Positions 47,321 through 55,916 of a stretch of 64,000 bases of DNA are shown here, in pieces; the stretch's first letter is position 1, and every line of letters begins with the position of its first letter. The DNA is from a virus (taxonomy: Duplodnaviria > Caudoviricetes), in IMG/VR virus record IMGVR_UViG_3300034126_000020, positions 32,001 through 96,000 of that record; one strand, given 5' to 3'. A program made the translations under genes and the position numbers. Below the pieces are notes generated by a model, which had not been told where the DNA came from, did not search any database, and saw nothing but the letters and a program-made list of their open reading frames with translations.

Positions 47321-48248
47321 TCACCTCTGGAGGCAGTTCTTGCACGTAGCCAGTGTCGTACCCGTCTTCGCCAGGCAAGATGTTGTTCTTGTCGCCGACG
47401 AAGACCTGCATGTAACGGGTCATGCCGGCGTTGACAGCCCCCAACATGCGCGTCGTGGCGACATCGCCCATGATCTGTTCAGTGGCGACTGCCTTCAGCA
47501 ACTCACCAGCAGGACCGACCGTGTAACCTGGAATCGTGAAGGGCACGTTCTCAATGAACCCACCCGTTTCGATGGCCCACTTGGTGACCTTTGCCAACAT
47601 GGCCCCTGAGTTCTGGCCAGCATTGACAATCAGCACCTCGTAACCCAGTTTGCCTTGAGCGCCGTACGTGTAAGAGTACGAGGCCCATTTATCTTTCGGG
47701 TCGTTGGAGAAGACGTTCTGGACAGCAAACCCTTGCTCTGCGGTGGCCATGTCCTGATTACGCTTGAACCAGCTTTTGAACAGAGCCATCTTCTTCGTTT
47801 CGAAGCTACCGGCCTTGTGGTCACCGACCCAACGGAAATAGGTCTGACGATCAAAGTTCACATCGGTGATGAGTGGAGAACGGTACCCGGTGGCAAACAG
47901 TTCACGTTCGTACACCGACATCGCATTGAACTCTTTGTCACCAATCGCCTGCTGCAACCGCAACAGACAATCCGGACTTGGGACCAATTCAGCCTTCGGG
48001 TCGGCCTTCATGAAGAACCAATCGAAGTAGCTGTCGATCTTGTCCGGGATTACTTCAGCATCGCTGACTTCGTTAACCAGACCATTGTGGATCAGGGTTT
48101 CAATGAAGATTTCTTTACGCTCGCCAAGGGTTTCCTTACGAGCGATACCGTGACGTTGGAACGTCTCCCACTTTTCGTAAACGTCCAACGACGAATCGAC
48201 CACAAAGACGAGGAAACCCCAGATCGAGATGTAGGCATTCTTTTCCAT
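47301..48248 (-). CDS. Hypothetical protein with DUF4262-like C-terminal domain
   Basis: SYSYTYG...YEVLIV ... QVFVGDKNNILPGEDGY resembles the DUF4262 pattern. Confidence 0.55.
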   Translation of the reverse strand: MEKNAYISIWGFLVFVVDSSLDVYEKWETFQRHGIARKETLGERKEIFIETLIHNGLVNEVSDAEVIPDKIDSYFDWFFMKADPKAELVPSPDCLLRLQQAIGDKEFNAMSVYERELFATGYRSPLITDVNFDRQTYFRWVGDHKAGSFETKKMALFKSWFKRNQDMATAEQGFAVQNVFSNDPKDKWASYSYTYGAQGKLGYEVLIVNAGQNSGAMLAKVTKWAIETGGFIENVPFTIPGYTVGPAGELLKAVATEQIMGDVATTRMLGAVNAGMTRYMQVFVGDKNNILPGEDGYDTGYVQELPPEVSDEQGH

Positions 48249-48256
48249 GATGGACC

Positions 48257-49048
48257 TCAGCGGTAGGTGATGGACTTGTCGTCCAGATACTTGATGAACG
48301 CCTCGAAGGTATGTTTGAACTCGATGACCGACTCGTGGTTGTCGAGCATGTCTTGGAGCGGACCCGTGCGGAACTCCTCCAAGATGTTGAACACCTCGGA
48401 CATGTCGTAGAGCTTGGCTTCATCTGGAATGATGCCGGACGCAGTTGGAACACGGCGGTCGCCATAGCAACCAACGATAATCGCTGGTCCTTCCCAACCC
48501 ATGTCGATCCACGACAGGTCGGTGTACAGCTTGATGCATGGCAGGTAACATTCGCCCGCCTTGACAAACTGGTACGGCTGACCTTTCTTGATCAACTTAC
48601 TCGCCCACCCAATCTGCTGCATGACATCTTTCATGTAACCGACAAGCTGGTCGCATTTGTCGATGTCTTCAATCCATACACCCGGCGCCTCAATGTCTTC
48701 TGGAGACCGTGGGTAGAACTCGGCAGGGATGGGGAGGTAGTCCATGTGTAAGTGGAAGTTATCCGGCATACAAGTCAACACTTCAATGTGTCGACCATTG
48801 CCACCTACTGGCGAGAAGTGTCCGCTACGGAAGTTAACATAGCTGAACAACTTGCCACGGATCAGGACAGCGTCCTTTCGATTGTTGGCCCGGATGCACG
48901 CCATGATCGCATCGTTATCGAAAGGCGCCACCTTCGGTACTTCTTTTGCCAGTTCAACCAACGCTGCTTGGACATCGTTGGAGGTGGGTTTCTCAAGAAA
49001 GAAGCAATTGCGCAATGCAGTCAGCTGGTCAGCGAGCCAGTTACTCAT
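48257..49048 (-). CDS. Hypothetical protein
   Basis: 263 aa, first gene after the promoter motif at 49080. Confidence 0.7.
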   Translation of the reverse strand: MSNWLADQLTALRNCFFLEKPTSNDVQAALVELAKEVPKVAPFDNDAIMACIRANNRKDAVLIRGKLFSYVNFRSGHFSPVGGNGRHIEVLTCMPDNFHLHMDYLPIPAEFYPRSPEDIEAPGVWIEDIDKCDQLVGYMKDVMQQIGWASKLIKKGQPYQFVKAGECYLPCIKLYTDLSWIDMGWEGPAIIVGCYGDRRVPTASGIIPDEAKLYDMSEVFNILEEFRTGPLQDMLDNHESVIEFKHTFEAFIKYLDDKSITYR

Positions 49049-49079
49049 GGTGTTTCCTAATGGTTAGAGATTCACCGCA

Positions 49080-49087
49080 ATAATGTA
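49080..49087 (-). promoter_or_regulatory. Putative early-promoter core (TACATTAT)
   Basis: TTATTTACAGCAATACATTATTGCGGTG matches the motif at 890, 5208, 10673, 17278, 24849 and 25547. Confidence 0.55.
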
Positions 49088-49105
49088 TTGCTGTAAATAA
49101 GTTGA

Positions 49106-49384
49106 TTAGCGTCGGGTGTCGTGAACCTTATCCAACGAGATGATCTCGCTCACCCCGTAAGTTTCAAACCGACGATGTAGGTGCAGGTAACGCTCAGTGA
49201 CCTCCTTCTGTTGAGTGAAGCGTCCATAGACCGGATCGCCTTCGGTGGTGTTCTTCAAGATGTCGTTGTAGTACTTGAGGTCCTCTTCCATCTCATGCAC
49301 CATTTGGCCATTCAATGGATTGCGTAGCATCTCTTCGTGCTGGGCTGGTGTCAGTGGACCAGTCTCTTCCGGATCGTTGCTCAT
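49106..49384 (-). CDS. Hypothetical protein
   Basis: 92 aa, coupled start. Confidence 0.65.
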   Translation of the reverse strand: MSNDPEETGPLTPAQHEEMLRNPLNGQMVHEMEEDLKYYNDILKNTTEGDPVYGRFTQQKEVTERYLHLHRRFETYGVSEIISLDKVHDTRR

Positions 49385-49845
49385 GATGGTTTCCTCTGTT
49401 TGAAGATCTCACGGCGCTCAGCCTTAGCCAAATCGTTGGAGATTTCTTTGCCGACGTTCAAAAAAGTAAAGGCCATGACACCTTCGAAGAACCACGGTCC
49501 TTCCCACTGACTCTTGTCAGTGATGTTCAGACGGAGCATGGTTTCACGGAGGACTGTCTGAAGACGGTCTTGATAACCCTTGAGGAATGGCGAATCTTCG
49601 GTGATCCCTTCAGGGAATGCATTTTCAAACACCAGCGACATGTTGGGCGACTCTACCTTCAAGTCACGAGTCTGTACGTGCAGGATGTGTGCATTCGGGA
49701 CTTCTGTCTTCACTGAGTAGAAGTGCAGAGATCCATCTGTCTCCTTCCCAACCAGAACCGGATCAAAGCCACGGTAGTTGAGAAGCTTCTCGTCAGAGTA
49801 GTCTGGTTCCTTACCGAACGCTACGATAGTGATGTTGAAAGCCAT
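49381..49845 (-). CDS. Hypothetical protein
   Basis: 154 aa with AGGAGG RBS. Confidence 0.7.
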   Translation of the reverse strand: MAFNITIVAFGKEPDYSDEKLLNYRGFDPVLVGKETDGSLHFYSVKTEVPNAHILHVQTRDLKVESPNMSLVFENAFPEGITEDSPFLKGYQDRLQTVLRETMLRLNITDKSQWEGPWFFEGVMAFTFLNVGKEISNDLAKAERREIFKQRKPS

Positions 49846-49898
49846 ACAGCCTCCTATCGGGATATAAGCCCCGGGGCGAACCCCGGAGCATTAGGTGT

Positions 49899-50204
49899 TT
49901 ACGGGTACGTCACGACGGTGTGGAAGAAGCGCTCATCAAAGTCGTCTTGTTTAGCGGTAGTGAGCATTTGACGGATGTCACGCGGAGTAACGATCCGATT
50001 AGTGTCGATACCAGCACACGCTTGCTCCTGAGTGGCCACGACATACTGGCCATTCAACTGATACGCCAACTCACCCATGGTGTCGAGCGGCTCAGGTGCT
50101 GAAGCAATAATGAGATCAGGGATGTTCGCGAGGGCAGGACCTGCCACTACAACACCGGCACCCAACCCCAACAGACCTAAGAACTTACGGCGCGTGGGCT
50201 GCAT
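49899..50204 (-). CDS. Small protein with twin-arginine (Tat) signal peptide
   Basis: MQPTRRKFLGLLGLGAGVVVAGPALA: RRxFL plus h-region and AxA. Confidence 0.75.
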   Translation of the reverse strand: MQPTRRKFLGLLGLGAGVVVAGPALANIPDLIIASAPEPLDTMGELAYQLNGQYVVATQEQACAGIDTNRIVTPRDIRQMLTTAKQDDFDERFFHTVVTYP

Positions 50205-50496
50205 GGACTACTCCTGCTGGTGGCATCGGATGAAGCTGGAGCATCTCTTTGGTGCACCAGTGCGGGTTCTTGCGCGCAGCGGCCATGGCGCTCTGGTAGT
50301 TGCTGTTCTCAATGGACTCGTAGACCCCTTCGCGCATGCGCTTCACGAGGTCCTCTTGAACGTTGAGACGGTAAGCTTCTGCCAGTGCTTCCACGTCGAT
50401 CTTTGGTTCCGGTACGAACGCCAGTACTGGGGCTGCAATAGCCGCCCCTGCACCAATGGTCAGTAACCGGAGAAACTCACGCCGGTTCGGTTTCAT
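50185..50496 (-). CDS. Small protein with twin-arginine (Tat) signal peptide
   Basis: MKPNRREFLRLLTIGAGAAIAAPVLA: RRxFL plus h-region and VLA. Confidence 0.75.
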   Translation of the reverse strand: MKPNRREFLRLLTIGAGAAIAAPVLAFVPEPKIDVEALAEAYRLNVQEDLVKRMREGVYESIENSNYQSAMAAARKNPHWCTKEMLQLHPMPPAGVVHAAHAP

Positions 50497-50818
50497 CGAG
50501 CGGTTCCCCATCATGGAAAGCTTCTTCTTCGGCTACCGGATGTTCTTCGGTGGCTTTGGATTCTTCTTGCTGCTTACGCACCGCTTGTTCGGTGAAGTAA
50601 ACCGCCGCTTCATGTGCCCCCAATTTGGTCAGCAGGTTGCGTTCTGCGTCCTTCGGGTCTTTCTTGGCCAGGTTCAGGGAGATGAGTTCTTTCATCCCTG
50701 CTTTGCTCGGCAGATCACCATCGGTCTGTGGACCTTTGTTGAACAGCTTAGTGAATACTTCCAGAGCGGCATCGCTCATGGTGTACGCACGAACCTGGTT
50801 AATGTTCTTCTCAGCCAT
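50477..50818 (-). CDS. Hypothetical protein, possibly winged-helix-like
   Basis: Start MAEKNINQ after AAAGGG; GDLPSKAGMKELI....A pattern. Confidence 0.6.
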   Translation of the reverse strand: MAEKNINQVRAYTMSDAALEVFTKLFNKGPQTDGDLPSKAGMKELISLNLAKKDPKDAERNLLTKLGAHEAAVYFTEQAVRKQQEESKATEEHPVAEEEAFHDGEPLDETEPA

Positions 50819-51536
50819 CGGATGTACCCTTTTCTTTAGCGTATTCTTGAAGCCGTACAAGGTAACGGGGAGCGTAGATGTCCCAGATAGCACGACCGGT
50901 TTCTGTGAAGAGTTCTGCGGACTCCATGAACTTGGATTGTCCGACCAGCATCTCCTCATAGGTCACGTCGCGTTTGGCCGCTACCTGTATCTCAGCACGG
51001 AGGTCTTCCATGACGAGAGTAGGGTCGAGGCTCACGGTGGCATAGAGGACATCGCAGTCCCGCATGACCATCTCCAGCTTGTTGCGTGGAGGGATCACAA
51101 ACGGAAACTCGGTGCACTCAATGGCACTGTCAATGACTTCAACGACGCGACTTGGCAAACTATAACCGTTGCGCGCAATTAAGTCCGAGACGAACTCCCG
51201 GGTACTCAGGACATTGTAGTGGTCGTTGTCCTTGCCAGCCGAATGACCGTAGTCATGCAGCAGGGTGACGAACATCAACGCCACAAACGCCCAATCACCG
51301 CCCAGGCCGAGGTCTTCACCTTCAGCCTCCCACATGACTTGGCCAATGTCCCAAACGCCCTTCATGTGCCGGTTGTTGTGGTAAGGTACCTCTGCCGATG
51401 GATTGCGTTTCAGAACATCCAGCAGCTTACCTTCTAAGCGAGACATGAAGTGGTTCAGGGCAGGCATCTTGACGACTACCTGTTCGTGCTGACGCATGCT
51501 CGCAAGGATGGTCTCAAGCGGAAACGTGGCTTTCAT
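50811..51536 (-). CDS. HD-domain (PDEase-like) metal-dependent phosphohydrolase
   Basis: PYHNNRH, LLHDYGH and MRDCD motifs (YHN..H / HD / D). Confidence 0.8.
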   Translation of the reverse strand: MKATFPLETILASMRQHEQVVVKMPALNHFMSRLEGKLLDVLKRNPSAEVPYHNNRHMKGVWDIGQVMWEAEGEDLGLGGDWAFVALMFVTLLHDYGHSAGKDNDHYNVLSTREFVSDLIARNGYSLPSRVVEVIDSAIECTEFPFVIPPRNKLEMVMRDCDVLYATVSLDPTLVMEDLRAEIQVAAKRDVTYEEMLVGQSKFMESAELFTETGRAIWDIYAPRYLVRLQEYAKEKGTSDG

Positions 51537-51754
51537 TAGAACCTCTTCATCTTTCCATCGCGTCCGCGTTGATAGAAAGGCTGCACACGAAGCTTCTTGT
51601 TCGTACGCTCGCCTTGGTCGTTAGGGTGGTCACCATGGAACCGATCATCGCAGCACGGATCAGGACCTAAGTCCATCTCTCCGTAAAGCTCAAGGAGTCT
51701 ATCCGTGCTGTGAGACTTACCGCGCAAGTGACCGATATGGATGTCAGAGAACAT
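51536..51754 (-). CDS. Small His/Cys-containing protein
   Basis: AAGGAG RBS before MFSDIHIGHL; TAATG overlap with the HD gene. Confidence 0.55.
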   Translation of the reverse strand: MFSDIHIGHLRGKSHSTDRLLELYGEMDLGPDPCCDDRFHGDHPNDQGERTNKKLRVQPFYQRGRDGKMKRF

Positions 51755-51765
51755 GTACCCGCTCC

Positions 51766-52254
51766 TTAACCGTTGCTGTAGATGACCCGCTCTACCCCGA
51801 TTGCCTTCAACTGCTCGAACCAGATGCGGTAAGCAGGTTGGAGGTGCTCGGTCCACGTGACCTTCTTGTCACCGTAACCGGTGTTGACGAGTTCTTTGTC
51901 GAAGTCGTAAGCCAGGATCTCATCGACCATCGCCCAGCTGATGCTGTTCTGGTACTCGTGTTCAAAGATCTCCTTGATCTCGTCATCGGCGTCGTCTGGA
52001 AGACCCCGCTTAGCCCACGGAGCGTACTCATCCGGTTCATTGTATTCGTTCGGCGATTGGAAGTCCTGACGAATGGAGTGCAACGCACCAGAGCTCTCCA
52101 AGTTAATGCCCATCGACTTGTCGATGTCGTCCATCATGTCCATCTTGCCGTACGAGTGAGGGATCTCGGGATTGTATCCGAGCCCCTCAGGCAAAATGAT
52201 AAACCACTTGTCACCGATCTTGCGCTGACATACAACCGTTGTGTACGTGCCCAT
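51766..52254 (-). CDS. Hypothetical protein
   Basis: 162 aa, coupled. Confidence 0.7.
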   Translation of the reverse strand: MGTYTTVVCQRKIGDKWFIILPEGLGYNPEIPHSYGKMDMMDDIDKSMGINLESSGALHSIRQDFQSPNEYNEPDEYAPWAKRGLPDDADDEIKEIFEHEYQNSISWAMVDEILAYDFDKELVNTGYGDKKVTWTEHLQPAYRIWFEQLKAIGVERVIYSNG

Positions 52255-52763
52255 CAGTTCGCTCCTTCAGGTGCCGGAGGTACGTAAAACGGATTGCGCT
52301 CACGACTCACCTGGCCATCACGGGCGACCTGAATGTACTGGGCGTCTTCGATCTTCTCAGGAACCGGTTCACGGAACCAGCCTTCCTTGAGCGCAGCGAG
52401 CATTGCATCGATGCCTTTGACCTGCTGCGACCAGAGTGTGCCGCGTTCGCGACGCCAGAGCACGATGCTGAAGTGCTTGTCGAAGGTATCGAGATCAACT
52501 TCGAACTCTTGGTAAATCAGACGAGGGCCTCTGTAGTCCTTGTACGGTCCGTCAGGCACATGGAGGAAGATGTCCTGAAGATGATTGTCACGGTTGTAAT
52601 CGGTGAAGAGGACGTGAGCCACACCGTCTACGGTGACAGGGACCGGAGTACGGGCATCGTCGTCTATCCGTGACAACCGAGGCGTAACGATCAACCGAAA
52701 CCCTTCGTGAAAGCACATAAAGCGATGACGGTCTTCATCAAGTATCGAACGAAGTTTCAACAT
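52254..52763 (-). CDS. Hypothetical protein
   Basis: GGAG RBS before MLKLRS at 52763. Confidence 0.65.
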   Translation of the reverse strand: MLKLRSILDEDRHRFMCFHEGFRLIVTPRLSRIDDDARTPVPVTVDGVAHVLFTDYNRDNHLQDIFLHVPDGPYKDYRGPRLIYQEFEVDLDTFDKHFSIVLWRRERGTLWSQQVKGIDAMLAALKEGWFREPVPEKIEDAQYIQVARDGQVSRERNPFYVPPAPEGAN

Positions 52764-52764
52764 G

Positions 52765-52971
52765 TTACTTCTCCTCAGGAATGGGCTCTTCACATTTCTT
52801 CATGGTCAGGTTGTAGAGGTCTTCAGCAGCCTCAACAATTTCACGACGACCACGTTCACCGCCAGAACCGATGTCCTGACCCCGACCACTCAAGCGAGCG
52901 TTCAGAATGAACTGCAACATGAAGTCGCGTTTAGAGGGGTTAATCAGGGTCTGAGTGGTTTGAGCTTTCAT
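52765..52971 (-). CDS. Small hypothetical protein
   Basis: 68 aa with AAGGA RBS. Confidence 0.6.
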   Translation of the reverse strand: MKAQTTQTLINPSKRDFMLQFILNARLSGRGQDIGSGGERGRREIVEAAEDLYNLTMKKCEEPIPEEK

Positions 52972-52980
52972 GAATCTTCC

Positions 52981-53124
52981 TTAATGAAGCTTGCCGGCCT
53001 TCTTGAGCTGGATAGCCGTAATCTGGTCTTTAGCTTTTTCGATGTCAGGGAGGATAGACCGACTGTCCTCCCTCCACCGTGCCCACCGCTCTTCAGCAGT
53101 GGGCGGCTTCTTTGCCGTGGCCAT
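52981..53124 (-). CDS. Small basic protein (47 aa, not in the ORF track)
   Basis: Manual translation MATAKKPPTAEERWARWREDSRSILPDIEKAKDQITAIQLKKAGKLH; TAATG overlap with the upstream gene. Confidence 0.6.
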   Translation of the reverse strand: MATAKKPPTAEERWARWREDSRSILPDIEKAKDQITAIQLKKAGKLH

Positions 53125-53777
53125 TAGCCCTTCATGAACTTGTCACGACGAGGCAGGATGTCGTTCGACGGTTTGATACCGGTAGGGTTCTCCGTGTAGC
53201 CTTCAAACCAAGGGCCGTTGTTGGGCATGGACAGACGCACGAACTGACGCTTGGTGGTTTCTTCCACCGGCAACGATTCGTGAATGCACGCACCGTCTAC
53301 CCAGTAGACATCACCAGCACCGAAGATAATGGACCCACAGGCACTGAGGTCCATCTGATCCGCTTCACCTTCGCTACCGATCTCACCACGGGCAACACCC
53401 AGCCACGCCTTGCAGTGAGCAGTGCTGGAAACCGTCAGCATGCCATTACCAACACTGCCCCAACCGCCACCGCCACCCCATGCACCACAACGACCCTGGT
53501 AGTAGCCGTCAACGTGCAGACCAGAACGACGCAGTGTCTCACCCGGTTGCAGCTCACGCTCGTCGATGGTCAGGTAACCGATATCGCCCATGAAGCGCGA
53601 TTCAACCATGCCGAACAGGTCGTAGACGAGGTCCATGTACTGGACAGGCACACCGTCAAGGCAACCGAGCTTGACCGGCATCATCATGACGCGCAGGCCA
53701 GTGAAGTCTGGGAACGGCATTGGGGAGTGGTTCCACACCTTGCGGAACGTGGACAGAACTTCAGACGATTGGGGCAT
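53124..53777 (-). CDS. 2OG-Fe(II) oxygenase-like protein
   Basis: LHVDG ... CIHES ... RQFVRL: HxD...H facial triad plus the 2OG-binding Arg. Confidence 0.7.
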   Translation of the reverse strand: MPQSSEVLSTFRKVWNHSPMPFPDFTGLRVMMMPVKLGCLDGVPVQYMDLVYDLFGMVESRFMGDIGYLTIDERELQPGETLRRSGLHVDGYYQGRCGAWGGGGGWGSVGNGMLTVSSTAHCKAWLGVARGEIGSEGEADQMDLSACGSIIFGAGDVYWVDGACIHESLPVEETTKRQFVRLSMPNNGPWFEGYTENPTGIKPSNDILPRRDKFMKG

Positions 53778-54234
53778 AGTGAAACTCCGGTGGTTTGCAG
53801 TTATAGGTCGTGGCGTTTTCGGATTCAACACCGAACTTGACCTTCAGTTCGGCTCCGTTAACGGTGTAAGTGATGCTGTACATGGCAAGGTAGCCAAAGT
53901 CTTTCAGTTGCAGACTGAGGATCTTACCGTCCAGGCCTTTGTGGTGAGAAACATACACCTGCTCAGGATGGACGTTACCTTCCAATTCGAGGTAACGCTG
54001 ACCCACGGGGTTGGTGACGATCACCGTTCTATCCGGGAGTTCACCCAACGGGACACCGTAGGACGTTTCAATGACGCGCTCGAACTTCGCAGCTTCGTCG
54101 ATAGCCGCTTGAGCAACCCGACCGTGAAGCCAAAGCTGTACGGCAGTTTTAACAGCGTCATCAGGTCCTGTGAACTTCTCAACTACGTCAGGATTCTCGA
54201 CATTGTCGACTGGATAGAGCATGAAGAAACACAT
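53761..54234 (-). CDS. Hypothetical protein
   Basis: 157 aa with AAGGA RBS. Confidence 0.65.
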   Translation of the reverse strand: MCFFMLYPVDNVENPDVVEKFTGPDDAVKTAVQLWLHGRVAQAAIDEAAKFERVIETSYGVPLGELPDRTVIVTNPVGQRYLELEGNVHPEQVYVSHHKGLDGKILSLQLKDFGYLAMYSITYTVNGAELKVKFGVESENATTYNCKPPEFHYAPIV

Positions 54235-54243
54235 GGCGATTCC

Positions 54244-54462
54244 TTACTGGGCAGTGGAGATAGAGCAGTTGTCGTGAGCGCCTTTACCGTCAGTCACGAA
54301 GAAACGTATCCCGTGTTCAAACCCGGAATAGATCTTACAGCCCGGCGTCTCACCCAAGTAGCGCATGTTGGGGGATTTGGCGTCATTGCTGGAACGTGCT
54401 TCTTGAGGACCACAGCTCACTACAGCAAATAGCAGGAGCATCAAGATGGGTACATTCTTCAC
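54244..54462 (-). CDS. Small lipoprotein
   Basis: MKNVPILMLLLFAVVS-C lipobox. Confidence 0.65.
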   Translation of the reverse strand: MKNVPILMLLLFAVVSCGPQEARSSNDAKSPNMRYLGETPGCKIYSGFEHGIRFFVTDGKGAHDNCSISTAQ

Positions 54463-54472
54463 GGCGATTCCT

Positions 54473-54718
54473 TTAACCGATGCGCGAGAGTTTCAGGCGC
54501 TGTGATTTGGACATCTGCAACAGAATGCGGGCCAGTGCCTCACCTTCTTTGTCGCCATTCTGGACGGCGTACTCGATGCAGTGTTCTACGTGGTGGTTGT
54601 CGACATTGAAGTCATCAAGAACGATGTGCAGAGAACCCCAAGCTGGATTGTCCAGCCAGTACTCTCTGAAACGTTCGGCAACTTCAGGAACAGTAATAGT
54701 GGCAGATGGCGCAGTCAT
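54473..54718 (-). CDS. Hypothetical protein
   Basis: 81 aa; WGSLHIVLDDFNV. Confidence 0.65.
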   Translation of the reverse strand: MTAPSATITVPEVAERFREYWLDNPAWGSLHIVLDDFNVDNHHVEHCIEYAVQNGDKEGEALARILLQMSKSQRLKLSRIG

Positions 54719-54987
54719 AGCTCACCTTGTTGAGCCAGCACGTCCTTGATAACGTTCAGGTGCGTACTGGCAATCTGGATATGGTCAATGCCGCAAGACC
54801 GACCACTCATGATCGCGACAATGGCTGGATATTTCTTAGGCCGACCGTAAACTTCCATCTCCTTCCAGTCGTCAAACTGTTGCTTGATGGCTTTACGCAG
54901 ACCCGCCTGGGTACGCACGATATACATCGAGCCGCCCAGGTGAGTCATGTTCGGCTGCTTACCTTCCTGCAACCGAGGGGTGGACAT
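54715..54987 (-). CDS. Hypothetical protein
   Basis: AAGGGG RBS before MSTPRLQEG. Confidence 0.6.
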   Translation of the reverse strand: MSTPRLQEGKQPNMTHLGGSMYIVRTQAGLRKAIKQQFDDWKEMEVYGRPKKYPAIVAIMSGRSCGIDHIQIASTHLNVIKDVLAQQGEL

Positions 54988-54997
54988 TGATTGCCCC

Positions 54998-55699
54998 TTA
55001 CTGTTCCGAAGTGTGCTCGGACCCAGTGACGATCTGGATCTTGGTGGCACCGGCGCGCGCAGTCATCACGCTTTCACCAACGGTACGGATACCGGCAGCT
55101 TCGTACACACGGATCGCTGTAGCAGCGTCGATGGCCAGGCGAGTCAAGTCGTCGTTCTCGATGACCAAAGCAAGGTCACTCAGCACGATACCTTTCTTCT
55201 CCAGGGTGTCTTTGGCTGTCTTCAGAATCGCGTCTTCGATTTCTGCCGGGTTGGCATCAACCACGTCGAGATCACGGGTCAGCTCAGTCGTCACCTCACG
55301 CAGCATCTTGTCGATGATGATGTTCTCGGCCATCTCGTAACGGCTGCCGACGGTGTCAGCGGAGAGTTCGAGGGAACCGCCCATCTTGCCGAGGTACCGC
55401 GCTTCGCTGATAAACCGGATCGGATCGGTGATCGTGTAGGTGTACGACATCTTGGCCATACTCAAGACCTTCTTGGAGAATTGGGTCTTGAACTGAGTAT
55501 CGCCAGCCATCGGCCAGTTCGGCAGAGCTACGTTGTAGCCACACGGGTTACCGGTGTGCTTGGGCACGGTAGAGGCAACCGCGAGCTTTTCCCAGTTGGC
55601 GCCACAATTGCTGGTCGACAGTACGTGGACGTTGGACGGGGTACGGCTACAGCCAGCAATGGCCAGCATGAGGAGTACAGCTACTACAACATTTTTCAT
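54998..55699 (-). CDS. Lipoprotein with SPFH/Band-7-like domain
   Basis: MKNVVVAVLLMLAIAG-C lipobox; Y.Y.ITDP..F, IIDKMLREV, EIEDAI...LEKKGIVL and an Ala-rich coiled tail. Confidence 0.65.
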   Translation of the reverse strand: MKNVVVAVLLMLAIAGCSRTPSNVHVLSTSNCGANWEKLAVASTVPKHTGNPCGYNVALPNWPMAGDTQFKTQFSKKVLSMAKMSYTYTITDPIRFISEARYLGKMGGSLELSADTVGSRYEMAENIIIDKMLREVTTELTRDLDVVDANPAEIEDAILKTAKDTLEKKGIVLSDLALVIENDDLTRLAIDAATAIRVYEAAGIRTVGESVMTARAGATKIQIVTGSEHTSEQ

Positions 55700-55905
55700 T
55701 TGAAGCTCCAGAGTTTGATGGTGTAAACGACACCGGCGTAAAGTACAACGATTGTCAGGACTGCGTAGAACAGCCACGTTCCCCAACCCAGCGCGAAACT
55801 ATTGCCGGAGTTTTGAAACGCGGTGTATGCCAGTCCAAGGACGACAACCCAGAAGACCACAACAGCAAACCGAATTGCGTTGCGAGCATGGTTGATAGCT
55901 TTCAT
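55696..55905 (-). CDS. Two-TM small membrane protein
   Basis: Two hydrophobic helices; ATGA coupling to the SPFH gene. Confidence 0.7.
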   Translation of the reverse strand: MKAINHARNAIRFAVVVFWVVVLGLAYTAFQNSGNSFALGWGTWLFYAVLTIVVLYAGVVYTIKLWSFK

Positions 55906-55916
55906 TCCATTTATCC

